Positions 28,345 to 36,341 of a stretch of 64,000 nucleotides of DNA are shown one piece after another. The position numbers and the translations under genes were made by a program. The stretch spans positions 10,636-74,635 of the forward strand of contig CAJUCZ010000004.1 of assembly GCA_910585375.1 (NCBI GenBank). The letters are read 5' to 3'. The number at the start of each line of letters is the position of its first letter. The first letter of the stretch is position 1. The DNA is from an uncultured Alphaproteobacteria bacterium. GTDB lineage: Bacteria; Pseudomonadota; Alphaproteobacteria; RF32; CAG-239. The notes under the pieces are model-generated. The model was given only the letters and a program-made list of their open reading frames with translations, had not been told where the DNA came from and ran no database searches.

Positions 28345-29862
28345 TCAATAGGATCTGGCGTAAATCACATCCATAGTCGCCGGCTTGCCGGTCAGCAGAC
28401 AAACGCCTTCACTGTTGCTCTGGTCAAACGGGATACAACGGATTGTAATCTTCATCTCTTTGAGGATTTCCTCAGTCTGCGGATCAGCACACCACTTTCC
28501 GCGGACAAAAGCAACTTTTCCGGCCTTGCCGTCGGCAATCCACTCGTTGGCCTGGCCAAAATAGTTGCGGAATTCTTCCGGCGAAGTAATATCTGTACGG
28601 ATGTTTGACATTAAACGATTCTTGGCGCGGTCAAACATCTCGGATTGAATATTTTCCAAACGTGCAACAATTGAATTTTCAAATTCTTCAACGGAAAGAA
28701 TCTGTTTGCCTTCCGGCGTATTGAGTTTAAGGCGTTCTTTAACCATAACTTTGCCGCCGTCCACATCACGCATGCCGATTTCGCAAATAACCGGCGCGCC
28801 TTTCTTGGTCCATTCCCAAAACTTGTCAACGCTCTTGCGGTCACGCTTGTCAACCTTGATGCGGATTTTTTCGCCAAACGGTGCCTTTGCCTTGAGAGCG
28901 GCTTGCAGTTTGGCAATATAATCCATAATTTTGTCTTCGTCTTCCGGATTTTTGATAACCGGAATAATAACCACCTGATACGGTGCAATTCTGGGCGGAA
29001 CAACCATGCCGTCATCATCGGCATGAGTCATAATCACGCCACCGATAAGACGGGTTGAAACCCCCCATGAAGTTGTATAAGCATATTCCTGCTCATTATT
29101 TTTGTTTACAAAAGAAATATTGGCAGATTTTGCAAAATTCTGTCCGAGAAAATGTGATGTTCCGGCCTGCAGGGCTTTACCGTCCTGCATCATGGCTTCA
29201 ACGCAATAAGTGTCAATTGCGCCGGGGAACTTCTCATGCTCCGGCTTGCGGCCGGTCAAAACCGGCATGGCAAGAGTTTCTTCGCAAAGTTCGCGATACG
29301 CTTCCAGCATACGTTTGGTTTCTTCTTCGGCTTCGTTGGCTGTGGAATGGGCAGTATGGCCTTCCTGCCAGAGAAATTCGCGGGTACGCAAAAACAGGCG
29401 CGGACGCATTTCCCAACGCACAACGTTAGCCCACTGATTGACCAGAACCGGAAGATCGCGATAAGATTTGACCCATTTGGAAAACGAGTCGGCAATAATG
29501 GCTTCCGACGTCGGACGGACGATTAAAGGCTCTTCAAGTTTTGAATCCGGAACAAGCTTGCCGTCTTTCATTGATAGGCGGGAATGGGTGACAACCGCCA
29601 TTTCTTTGGCAAAACCGTCAACATGCTCAGCTTCTTTCTGAAAGAATGAAAGCGGAATAAACATAGGAAAATAGCAGTTTTCATGATCGGTAGATTTGAT
29701 TTTCTCGTCAAAAACGTCGCGGATACGCTCCCAAATGCCGTATCCCCACGGCTTAATCACCATACATCCGGGAGAAGACGAGTTCTCGGCCATGTCGGCT
29801 TCATTGATAACATTTTGATACCATTCAGGATAGTTGCCTGCTCTAGTGGATTTTAATACCAT
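28345..29862 (-). CDS. proS: prolyl-tRNA synthetase, archaeal/eukaryotic-type (no insertion/editing domain, C-terminal Zn-domain ending in Tyr)
   Basis: class II motifs; 505 aa; terminal …IYARSY characteristic of archaeal-type ProRS. Confidence 0.9.
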   Translation of the reverse strand: MVLKSTRAGNYPEWYQNVINEADMAENSSSPGCMVIKPWGYGIWERIRDVFDEKIKSTDHENCYFPMFIPLSFFQKEAEHVDGFAKEMAVVTHSRLSMKDGKLVPDSKLEEPLIVRPTSEAIIADSFSKWVKSYRDLPVLVNQWANVVRWEMRPRLFLRTREFLWQEGHTAHSTANEAEEETKRMLEAYRELCEETLAMPVLTGRKPEHEKFPGAIDTYCVEAMMQDGKALQAGTSHFLGQNFAKSANISFVNKNNEQEYAYTTSWGVSTRLIGGVIMTHADDDGMVVPPRIAPYQVVIIPVIKNPEDEDKIMDYIAKLQAALKAKAPFGEKIRIKVDKRDRKSVDKFWEWTKKGAPVICEIGMRDVDGGKVMVKERLKLNTPEGKQILSVEEFENSIVARLENIQSEMFDRAKNRLMSNIRTDITSPEEFRNYFGQANEWIADGKAGKVAFVRGKWCADPQTEEILKEMKITIRCIPFDQSNSEGVCLLTGKPATMDVIYARSY

Positions 29863-30099
29863 AAGTTTATTCCTTTTTTAATATGACATAATTAAAAGTC
29901 CGCCGCCCCGTTGCGGCAGACGCAGAGAGCAATCTAACAGAAATAAAACAATTTGTGAAGCCCTTATTTTTGCACAAAATTTAATGTTGTCCGGCCATGA
30001 AAATTATGATATAATAAAATTCTAAATTATATTAGTTTTTTTATTATTAACCTGAAACGGCTGCCTTCCGGTGACTGTTTCATAAAATATTATTAGATT

Positions 30100-30372
30100 A
30101 TGGGAACACTTTGGAATATTTTCGCGTTGTTGTTAATGATTTTTGCTGTTTATGCCGTTTGGGTCATTAATAAAGACTACGCAAAAAAAGGAGAGGCGCC
30201 GCTGAGCGGTTCGTTTTTCCTATGTTTCTTCGTCGGGATTTTTTTCCTGTATCGGTTTATGCCGGTTGCAGGATTTACCATCCCCGGTTTCCTGGACGTA
30301 TGCTTAATCTCGGCAGCAATAGCCGCCGTTTGGTGGATTTGTTGCTTTGTATGGCATTCTGTCTTAAATTAA
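30100..30372 (+). CDS. small membrane protein (90 aa), hypothetical
   Basis: three hydrophobic helices; ORF only. Confidence 0.3.
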   Translation: MGTLWNIFALLLMIFAVYAVWVINKDYAKKGEAPLSGSFFLCFFVGIFFLYRFMPVAGFTIPGFLDVCLISAAIAAVWWICCFVWHSVLN

Positions 30373-30427
30373 AAAACGGGATGATCTCTTTTGAGGTCAC
30401 CCCGTTTTCCTTTGAGAAACAAAGTTT

Positions 30428-30862
30428 TTAATCCAGAATCTCATTCACTTCTTTAACGCTTTTGCGGTTTTCTTTGCTTTGCATCATCTCGTTGCGCATA
30501 CCTTCGCGCTCCTGCCAATGCTTCATCATCAAATCGCCGCGGTCTTGCAACTGTTTCAGCATCAGGTCTTTATTATGCTGTGCCTGTGTCTTCAAAATTT
30601 CTTTATTGGCGTCAGAAAAAGTAGATTTGTTGATTTTCTTGACGGCTTTGCTGTAGTCTTCATTAATCTCGTTGGTTTCTTCGCTCATCCAGTGTTTGAT
30701 TTTGGCATCTTTTTTATCCACCATTTCAACGGCGGCTTTCATGTCTTTTTCCGTTGTGTTTTTACGTTGAGCCTGAGCTTCGGACAGGTTTGCCAGCAAA
30801 ACGACCGGCAAAATTGCCGACATTACATAAAGCATTTTTTTCATCAGATTTTTTCCTTTCAA
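30428..30862 (-). CDS. secreted periplasmic protein, hypothetical (Spy/CpxP-like helical, Lys/Glu/Met-rich)
   Basis: signal peptide MKKMLYVMSAILPVVLLANLSEAQA; repeated …KHWM…/…KHWQ… segments. Confidence 0.45.
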   Translation of the reverse strand: MKGKNLMKKMLYVMSAILPVVLLANLSEAQAQRKNTTEKDMKAAVEMVDKKDAKIKHWMSEETNEINEDYSKAVKKINKSTFSDANKEILKTQAQHNKDLMLKQLQDRGDLMMKHWQEREGMRNEMMQSKENRKSVKEVNEILD

Positions 30863-31093
30863 AAGATTTCCTACGCAATGCGATATAAGCAGTAAAACTT
30901 GAAAAACAAGAAAATAAAAAAATAATTTTCTTGCAAACTAAAATTTATGGTTTACACTGAATCCATAACTAAGCTCTGTGGTCAGAGAGTGAATGCTTTT
31001 GATAATTGTTGATACCAGCACTATTGGCCAGACAGTTTCCCACAATAAGATAGTTATATTGTATCAACCTGTTATTTAATAAGGAATATCTCG

Positions 31094-31297
31094 ATGGCAA
31101 CAGGAACAGTTAAATGGTTTAACAATAAAAAAGGTTTTGGCTTTATTACTCCGGATGCCGGTGGACAAGATGTATTTGTACATATTTCAGCCGTTCAAAA
31201 AGCCGGTCTGCGTTCTTTGGAAGAAGGCGCCAAAATCTCTTATGAACTTTTAACTGAAAGAGGCAAAACAGTCGCCGGCAATTTGAAACTGGCCTAG
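31094..31297 (+). CDS. cspA: cold-shock protein CspA family
   Basis: MATGTVKWFNNKKGFGFITPDAGGQDVFVHISAV (RNP1/RNP2 motifs); long 5' UTR typical of csp genes. Confidence 0.9.
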   Translation: MATGTVKWFNNKKGFGFITPDAGGQDVFVHISAVQKAGLRSLEEGAKISYELLTERGKTVAGNLKLA

Positions 31298-31373
31298 GTT
31301 TTGTAAAAATGTAAAACTCCGTAATTTTGGACAATTCTTAAATTTTAAGATAGTTTTAAGAGAATTACATAAA

Positions 31374-31406
31374 AGCACCGGTATGATGCCGGTGCTTTTT
31401 TATTTT
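31374..31406 (+). terminator. intrinsic terminator (GCACCGG-tatgatg-CCGGTGC + T-run)
   Basis: perfect 7-bp GC-rich stem followed by TTTTTTATTTTT. Confidence 0.65.
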
Positions 31407-31467
31407 TATCATCTACATGCTCTCTCTTTCGTCATCCCCGCGTTCTCTCTTCTTCAAAAAAATCCGC

Positions 31468-31684
31468 TTGCAAAATCTTTGTAATACATTATGATAACTC
31501 TCGCAGTCCGGAGACGGACTGTGGTGTCTCAAAACATCTTACAGATTTTCCACCATGAGGTGGAGTGCCTAAAATAAGCCGCTTTGCGGACGAATCATGG
31601 CGACTGTGTCTGTACAGTTTTGAGCTCCACCACCTTAGTTTCTAAGGTGGTTTTGTTTTAACAAAATTATGGAGCTAAAAAATA
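31468..31684 (+). ncRNA. promoter (TTGCAA-16-TATGAT) plus structured 5' leader of HTH cassette copy 3
   Basis: hairpin CAGTCCG-GAGA-CGGACTG at 31504-31521; anti-SD AGCTCC; terminator CACCACCTTAG-tttc-TAAGGTGG + TTTTGTTTT; SD GGAGCT; ATG 31685. Confidence 0.6.
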
Positions 31685-31957
31685 ATGAAGAATATAAAAT
31701 ATCAATCCAGAGCGACAAATCCGCTGAAAGCGATTCACCGGACGCTGGGTTTCGCCTTTTACTGCGAAAGGCGAAAAGACGAGATTCCGTTAAAAAAAGT
31801 CAGCAAGAAACTAAAAGTCCCAACCGAATATATAGAAGATTTGGAATTAGGACGCGGCAAAATCAGACCGTGGCTGATAAAAGAACTTCTGGAATATTAT
31901 AATAGAAAAATATCAGTCTACCTTGACATACCGGAAGATAAGATGAAAAAGAACTAA
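31685..31957 (+). CDS. small HTH (XRE-like) protein, cassette copy 3 (divergent paralog)
   Basis: HTH segment KKVSKKLKVPTEYIEDLELGRGKIRPWLIKEL; same leader/terminator/tail context as copies 1-2. Confidence 0.55.
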   Translation: MKNIKYQSRATNPLKAIHRTLGFAFYCERRKDEIPLKKVSKKLKVPTEYIEDLELGRGKIRPWLIKELLEYYNRKISVYLDIPEDKMKKN

Positions 31958-32113
31958 AACAAAAGCGGGCTTAACCTCCCGCTTTTTTCATTTCAAAGCA
32001 CCATCTCCCCCACAAACCCCGCCATAGCATCGCGGTCCTCAGAGCAGGGTGTTAACAACCGAAGCCTCACCCGCCGGGTGCGGCCTCCCGACAGCAGCCG
32101 ATGTTCGGCAAAT

Positions 32114-33559
32114 TTAACGTTGTGAAAGTTTTGTCTGCACACTCTTGGATTCGTTTTCTGCAAACATCTTGGAATAAGATTGTTTGATGTCAGCAACAAT
32201 CCGTTTGAACTTTTGCAAATTCTTTCCGCCGAGATTCTCTCCTGTTGCCGCCTTAATCGTTGTCGGATTAACGCGCCGGCCTTTGTGAATCACTTCATAA
32301 TGCAGGTGAGGGCCGGTAGATCTTCCGGTACTGCCGACATACCCGATTAATTGTCCTTGCTTTACGCGCACACCGGGTTTGATGCCTTTGGCAAATTTGT
32401 TCATATGCCCGTAAGCCGTGGAATATTCGGAATTGTGTCTGATTTTGATGTAGTTGCCGTAGCCGCCGTTGTATTTTGCAACGGTAACGACACCATCTCC
32501 GCCGGCATAAATCAAAGAATTTTTCGGTGCGGCATAGTCAACACCCCAGTGGATGCGTATGTCTTTGTGAATCGGGTGTCTGCGTTTGCCGAAAGGTGAG
32601 GAAATTCTGGCCTGCTGATAAGACATCGGCTTGCGGTGCAGAAACTTCTTCATAGCCTGGCCTTTTTCATTATAATAGCCGACAGTGCCGTTTGCATCGG
32701 TATAACGATAAAGCTCCAGCTTTGTTTTGCGCAATTTAAGGGCGGCATACAAAATATCACCCGATTTTACGACTTTTCCGTCCGGAGTGATTTTGTTTTC
32801 GAAAACAATTTCAAAACGGTCGCCTTTACGCACTTCTCGGCGAAAGTCCACCGAATAAGCAAAAATTTTGATAAAGTCGCTGACGACCTTTGACGGCACG
32901 CCCTGAGCCCGAAGCGCGGTAGAAACCGTACCATTAATGACACCGGCGGCACTGTTGACTTCTTCCACCAGCTCGTCTTTGATTTCCAGAGCCACATATT
33001 GTGCTTTGTCATTTTTCTTTAAAATGTAACGCAAACCGATTTTTGGTTCGATTGTAATATTTTCAATACTTAAAAGTTCGTGCTTATGAGAATCGATTTT
33101 TGTGGTAACGGCAATCTTTTGCCCGACTTTCAAACTTGAGGGGTTGTAAACCTTTTTAAGAATCTGATAGAGTTTGTGAGATTCGCTGTAACCCAGCCCG
33201 AGGTCATTAAGAATAGAGATGAAAGAATCGCCTTTTTGTACAATAATTTCTTTTTCAATGGTTTTTTCAACAGATTCGCTGATGACTTTCTCAAACAGGC
33301 TGCGTATGTTGCCGACGGCATTGTCAGAATAAGCCAGAGAAGTTTCGGGTATTTCTTCCGTGGTTTCAGCAGCGAGAGTAACTTCTTCGGCAAGATCTCT
33401 GCTGAGGTCGTCTCTGGAAACCGAGGCGCTGACATTATTATTGTTTGATAAAGACACCACAAACGCAAAAATAATGGCAACAGCATAAGCGACAGTCATT
33501 ATTTTATGGTTTTTCTGGGTGTTAAAATCAAAGTTAAAATACTTTTTTAACGACTTCAT
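32114..33559 (-). CDS. M23 family metallopeptidase with N-terminal TM anchor and OapA/LysM-like domain
   Basis: HxxxD and HxH M23 motifs (HWGVDYAAP…GSTGRSTGPHLHYEV). Confidence 0.85.
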   Translation of the reverse strand: MKSLKKYFNFDFNTQKNHKIMTVAYAVAIIFAFVVSLSNNNNVSASVSRDDLSRDLAEEVTLAAETTEEIPETSLAYSDNAVGNIRSLFEKVISESVEKTIEKEIIVQKGDSFISILNDLGLGYSESHKLYQILKKVYNPSSLKVGQKIAVTTKIDSHKHELLSIENITIEPKIGLRYILKKNDKAQYVALEIKDELVEEVNSAAGVINGTVSTALRAQGVPSKVVSDFIKIFAYSVDFRREVRKGDRFEIVFENKITPDGKVVKSGDILYAALKLRKTKLELYRYTDANGTVGYYNEKGQAMKKFLHRKPMSYQQARISSPFGKRRHPIHKDIRIHWGVDYAAPKNSLIYAGGDGVVTVAKYNGGYGNYIKIRHNSEYSTAYGHMNKFAKGIKPGVRVKQGQLIGYVGSTGRSTGPHLHYEVIHKGRRVNPTTIKAATGENLGGKNLQKFKRIVADIKQSYSKMFAENESKSVQTKLSQR

Positions 33560-33711
33560 CCGATTAATCTTTTCAGATACAAGTTAAACCAAAACAAAAA
33601 AACTATATATTTTTTTGTCGGAAAACACAAACAAAATTATTTTACACCGTGTATAAATAAAATTGTAAACAATAGAAATGAAAATTTTTTTAACAAAATT
33701 AAAAAAAGTGC

Positions 33712-33740
33712 TTGCATTTAATTTTTTTTCCCTATATAAG
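33712..33740 (+). promoter_or_regulatory. putative promoter of tRNA-Asp (TTGCAT-17-TATATA/TATAAG)
   Basis: near-consensus hexamers 14 nt upstream of tRNA 5' end. Confidence 0.5.
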
Positions 33741-33753
33741 AAACTCATCTTAC

Positions 33754-33830
33754 GGGGGCGTAGTTCAGCTGGTTAGAATACATGCCTGTCACGCATGGGG
33801 TCGCGAGTTCGAGCCTCGTCGCTCCCGCCA
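33754..33830 (+). tRNA. tRNA-Asp (anticodon GUC)
   Basis: cloverleaf: acceptor GGGGGCG/CGCTCCC, D-arm TAGTTCAGCTGGTTAGAATA, anticodon stem CATGC/GCATG loop CUGUCAC, T-arm GCGAG-TTCGAGC-CTCGT, discriminator G, CCA encoded. Confidence 0.9.
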
Positions 33831-33841
33831 TTATAAAAAAA

Positions 33842-33911
33842 AGCTGCCTTTATGGCGGCTTTTTTTATAATATCAGGGTAGCAGAGGCTCGAACTCGGAA
33901 GAGCCCGCTAA
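33842..33911 (+). repeat. 70-bp direct repeat copy A (terminator hairpin AGCTGCC-ttta-TGGCGGCT + T7, plus tRNA T-arm-like fragment)
   Basis: 69/70 identical to 34179-34248; contains RC of a tRNA-Asp-like T-arm (CCGAGTTCGAGCCTCTG). Confidence 0.7.
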
Positions 33912-33941
33912 GGAAATTTTACCGAGCTCCGGTAAAATTTC
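33912..33941. repeat. near-perfect palindrome GGAAATTTTACCG-agctc-CGGTAAAATTTC (12-bp arms)
   Basis: seen directly; lies between the two 70-bp direct repeats. Confidence 0.7.
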
Positions 33942-34178
33942 TCTGCAAGAGCAATGACATCTTAGTGAAAGAGGGCGTGTGAGCAACCGAATTGAACTTA
34001 GATGCCATTGGACGAAGCTGCGAAGCAGCGTGCCTCGTTGCTCCCAAAAAACATCCTGATTAAAGCTTGTGAGCGAGAGGGCAAAGCGAAACAAGCGTTA
34101 CATAGCGGTGCCCGCAGCGAGTTAGCGTTGCGAATGAAGGTAATGCTTACAAGCCGGAAAAGCCTCATCACAAATTTG

Positions 34179-34248
34179 AGCTGCCTTTATGGCGGCTTTT
34201 TTTATAATGTCAGGGTAGCAGAGGCTCGAACTCGGAAGAGCCCGCTAA
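34179..34248 (+). repeat. 70-bp direct repeat copy B
   Basis: see copy A; spacing 337 bp. Confidence 0.7.
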
Positions 34249-34319
34249 AAGTCGTCATAATTTCTTGAACATCCGTTGTGAATATCATATAATTTGATTT
34301 AAGAATAAGGAAAAAATCA

Positions 34320-35201
34320 ATGCATGACATCTGGAATCCGTGGCACGGTTGTGTTAAAAAAAGCGAGGGCTGCCAAAATTGTTATATGTACTTTCTGGAT
34401 AAACAGCGCAATCAGGACGGCCGCCGGATTTATAAAGTAAAAAACAATTTTGATTATCCGCTGCAAAAAGATAAAAACGGCCGCTATAAAATCAAAAGCG
34501 GTGAGCAGATTCGCGTCTGCATGACATCGGATTTCTTTTTGGAAGAAGCTGATGAGTGGCGTTCGGAAGCATGGAAAATCATGAAAAAAAGGCCGGATGT
34601 CGTCTTTTTTCTGCTGACAAAACGACCGGAACGGGTGGCAGAATGCCTGCCGCCGGATTGGCATGACGGCTGGGAAAATATTTTCTTTAACGTGACTTGC
34701 GAGAATCAGAAACGTGCCGATGAACGGATTCCGCTGCTGTTTAAACTGCCGTTCAAGCATAAAGGCATTATGGTTGCGCCGTTTGTCGGGCCGGTCAGTA
34801 TTAAAAGTTACCTTCCTGCCGGACAAATAGAGCAGGTGATAGCAGGCGGCGAGAACTATGACGGCTCCCGCCCTCTGGCGTATGACTGGGTTAAAAGTCT
34901 TTATGATGAATGTGTCGGGGCAGATGTAACCTTTTGCTTTATTGAAACCGGAACTAATTTTATGAAGGACGGCAAAACATATCATATGCCGGACAAAAGG
35001 CTGCAAAGCCGTATGGCATACAAATCCGGCCTGCAATATCAAGGAAAAGCACAGAAATTTCTGCTCGACAATATAGGACAGGGCTCATTGTTCGGAGAAG
35101 AAGTCTGGCAAAAGTCTTTCTGTTCTCGTTGTCAAACCTGCGGCAGCCGGCTGATTTGTAACGGCTGTTCCGATTGCGGCCAATGCAAAAAACGAAATTG
35201 A
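34320..35201 (+). CDS. phage Gp37/Gp68-like protein (DUF5131 family)
   Basis: N-terminal WNPWHGCVKKSEGCQNCY signature of PF07505; C-terminal Cys cluster; fully overlapped by antisense ORF 34317-35042 which I regard as spurious. Confidence 0.6.
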   Translation: MHDIWNPWHGCVKKSEGCQNCYMYFLDKQRNQDGRRIYKVKNNFDYPLQKDKNGRYKIKSGEQIRVCMTSDFFLEEADEWRSEAWKIMKKRPDVVFFLLTKRPERVAECLPPDWHDGWENIFFNVTCENQKRADERIPLLFKLPFKHKGIMVAPFVGPVSIKSYLPAGQIEQVIAGGENYDGSRPLAYDWVKSLYDECVGADVTFCFIETGTNFMKDGKTYHMPDKRLQSRMAYKSGLQYQGKAQKFLLDNIGQGSLFGEEVWQKSFCSRCQTCGSRLICNGCSDCGQCKKRN

Positions 35202-35270
35202 CATTTGAAAAAATAATCATAAGATAACAAAACAATATACTTATTTTGTTATCTTATTATTCTTCAATCT

Positions 35271-35726
35271 ATGATAAATTATAATTATGTGAAAACTTTC
35301 AGCCGGAATGATATCCCTCTGTATATGAACCTGTTTAAAATACTGGCTCATTTGAAGCGGAGTTACCCTGATTTTGCCCGCTGGTATTTTACCGGATTTA
35401 TTCCGGGGCTGGTTAACAGGCAAAGACAGATAATTTATGCAAAAAATGCCAAGGAACAGATTATAGCTGTCTCTTTGTTAAAGAAAACGCCGCAGGAAGA
35501 TAAAATATGTTGCTTATGGATAAAAAAGGAATATCGCCGTCGGGGCATAGCCTCGCAATTAATGTATAAAAGCCTGAAAGCTCTGGACAATCCCAAGCCG
35601 AAAGTAACGGTTTCCGAAGAAAATTATCCTGAATTTGAAGCTTTATTCAAAAAGTACGGTTTTATTTTAACTTGTATCCGCGATGATGAATACATAGCCG
35701 GAAAAAGGGAGTTCCATTTTAACTAA
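35271..35726 (+). CDS. GNAT family N-acetyltransferase
   Basis: motif A …CLWIKKEYRRRGIASQLM… (R/Q-x-x-G-x-A). Confidence 0.65.
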   Translation: MINYNYVKTFSRNDIPLYMNLFKILAHLKRSYPDFARWYFTGFIPGLVNRQRQIIYAKNAKEQIIAVSLLKKTPQEDKICCLWIKKEYRRRGIASQLMYKSLKALDNPKPKVTVSEENYPEFEALFKKYGFILTCIRDDEYIAGKREFHFN

Positions 35727-35826
35727 AGGTACTTGCGGTAAAACAGCAGGTGCCTTTTTTATACTTTATTCTTGTTTTTGCAAATTTTTGCCGCTAAACT
35801 TCAAAACAACCCGAAGGAGATGTGAA

Positions 35827-36243
35827 ATGAGTGAAAATCAGACAGAAAAAAGCCGTTGGAAAAAATTTGCCCTCTTTTGCCTGCGCAATGTCGTAAATGT
35901 CGCATTTTTTCTTTTTGCGGCTTATTATGCCTTGCTGGCATATGTTTTTCAGGTTTCCCCAACAACAAATAAAATGATGCTGGTCGGTGTCTGCTGCCTG
36001 TGGTTGATATGGATATTTGCCAAAGCGGTCATCAAAATCGTGCTGGCATTGCTGCTGGTCGTGTTTGTAATCGCCGGTTGGTATCATGTCAGTCATTATG
36101 ACGAAATTCAGTGTAAAAACAATGACGGGGTTTGGAATGCCGAAACACAAAGCTGTGAAGAAAAACTCGGTTTGTGGCAGCGGGTACAAAAGCTGTGGCA
36201 GTCCCGAACGGAAGTCAAAATCGAAAAGAACAGGGAAAAATAA
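35827..36243 (+). CDS. hypothetical membrane protein
   Basis: RBS GGAG 7 nt before ATG 35827 (shorter than ORF-track start 35788); 3-4 TM helices. Confidence 0.4.
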   Translation: MSENQTEKSRWKKFALFCLRNVVNVAFFLFAAYYALLAYVFQVSPTTNKMMLVGVCCLWLIWIFAKAVIKIVLALLLVVFVIAGWYHVSHYDEIQCKNNDGVWNAETQSCEEKLGLWQRVQKLWQSRTEVKIEKNREK

Positions 36244-36341
36244 GTGCTTATTGTTAATTACATGGCTAAACCCTTTACTTTTCTTTATAAGCTAATAAGG
36301 TGATTAATATTTACAAAATTTAAGGACGATAAGAACTGCTG

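Noticed and set aside
27914-28402. 162-aa minus-strand ORF (Phe/Leu/Pro/Ser-rich)
   Set aside because: It is simply the translation of the polypyrimidine complement of the GA-tract, has no start context and overlaps the proS 3' end; composition artefact.
33842-34248. Possible CRISPR array (two 70-bp repeats with 267-bp spacer)
   Set aside because: Only two copies, repeat too long, spacer far too long, repeat contains a terminator hairpin and tRNA-like fragment; no cas genes. Treated as an att-like duplication instead.
34317-35042. 241-aa minus-strand ORF exactly antisense to the DUF5131 gene
   Set aside because: Plus-strand frame carries the diagnostic WNPWHGC…CxxCY phage Gp37/Gp68 signature and a plausible start; antisense ORF has no motif and is the typical shadow ORF of a GC-biased coding frame.
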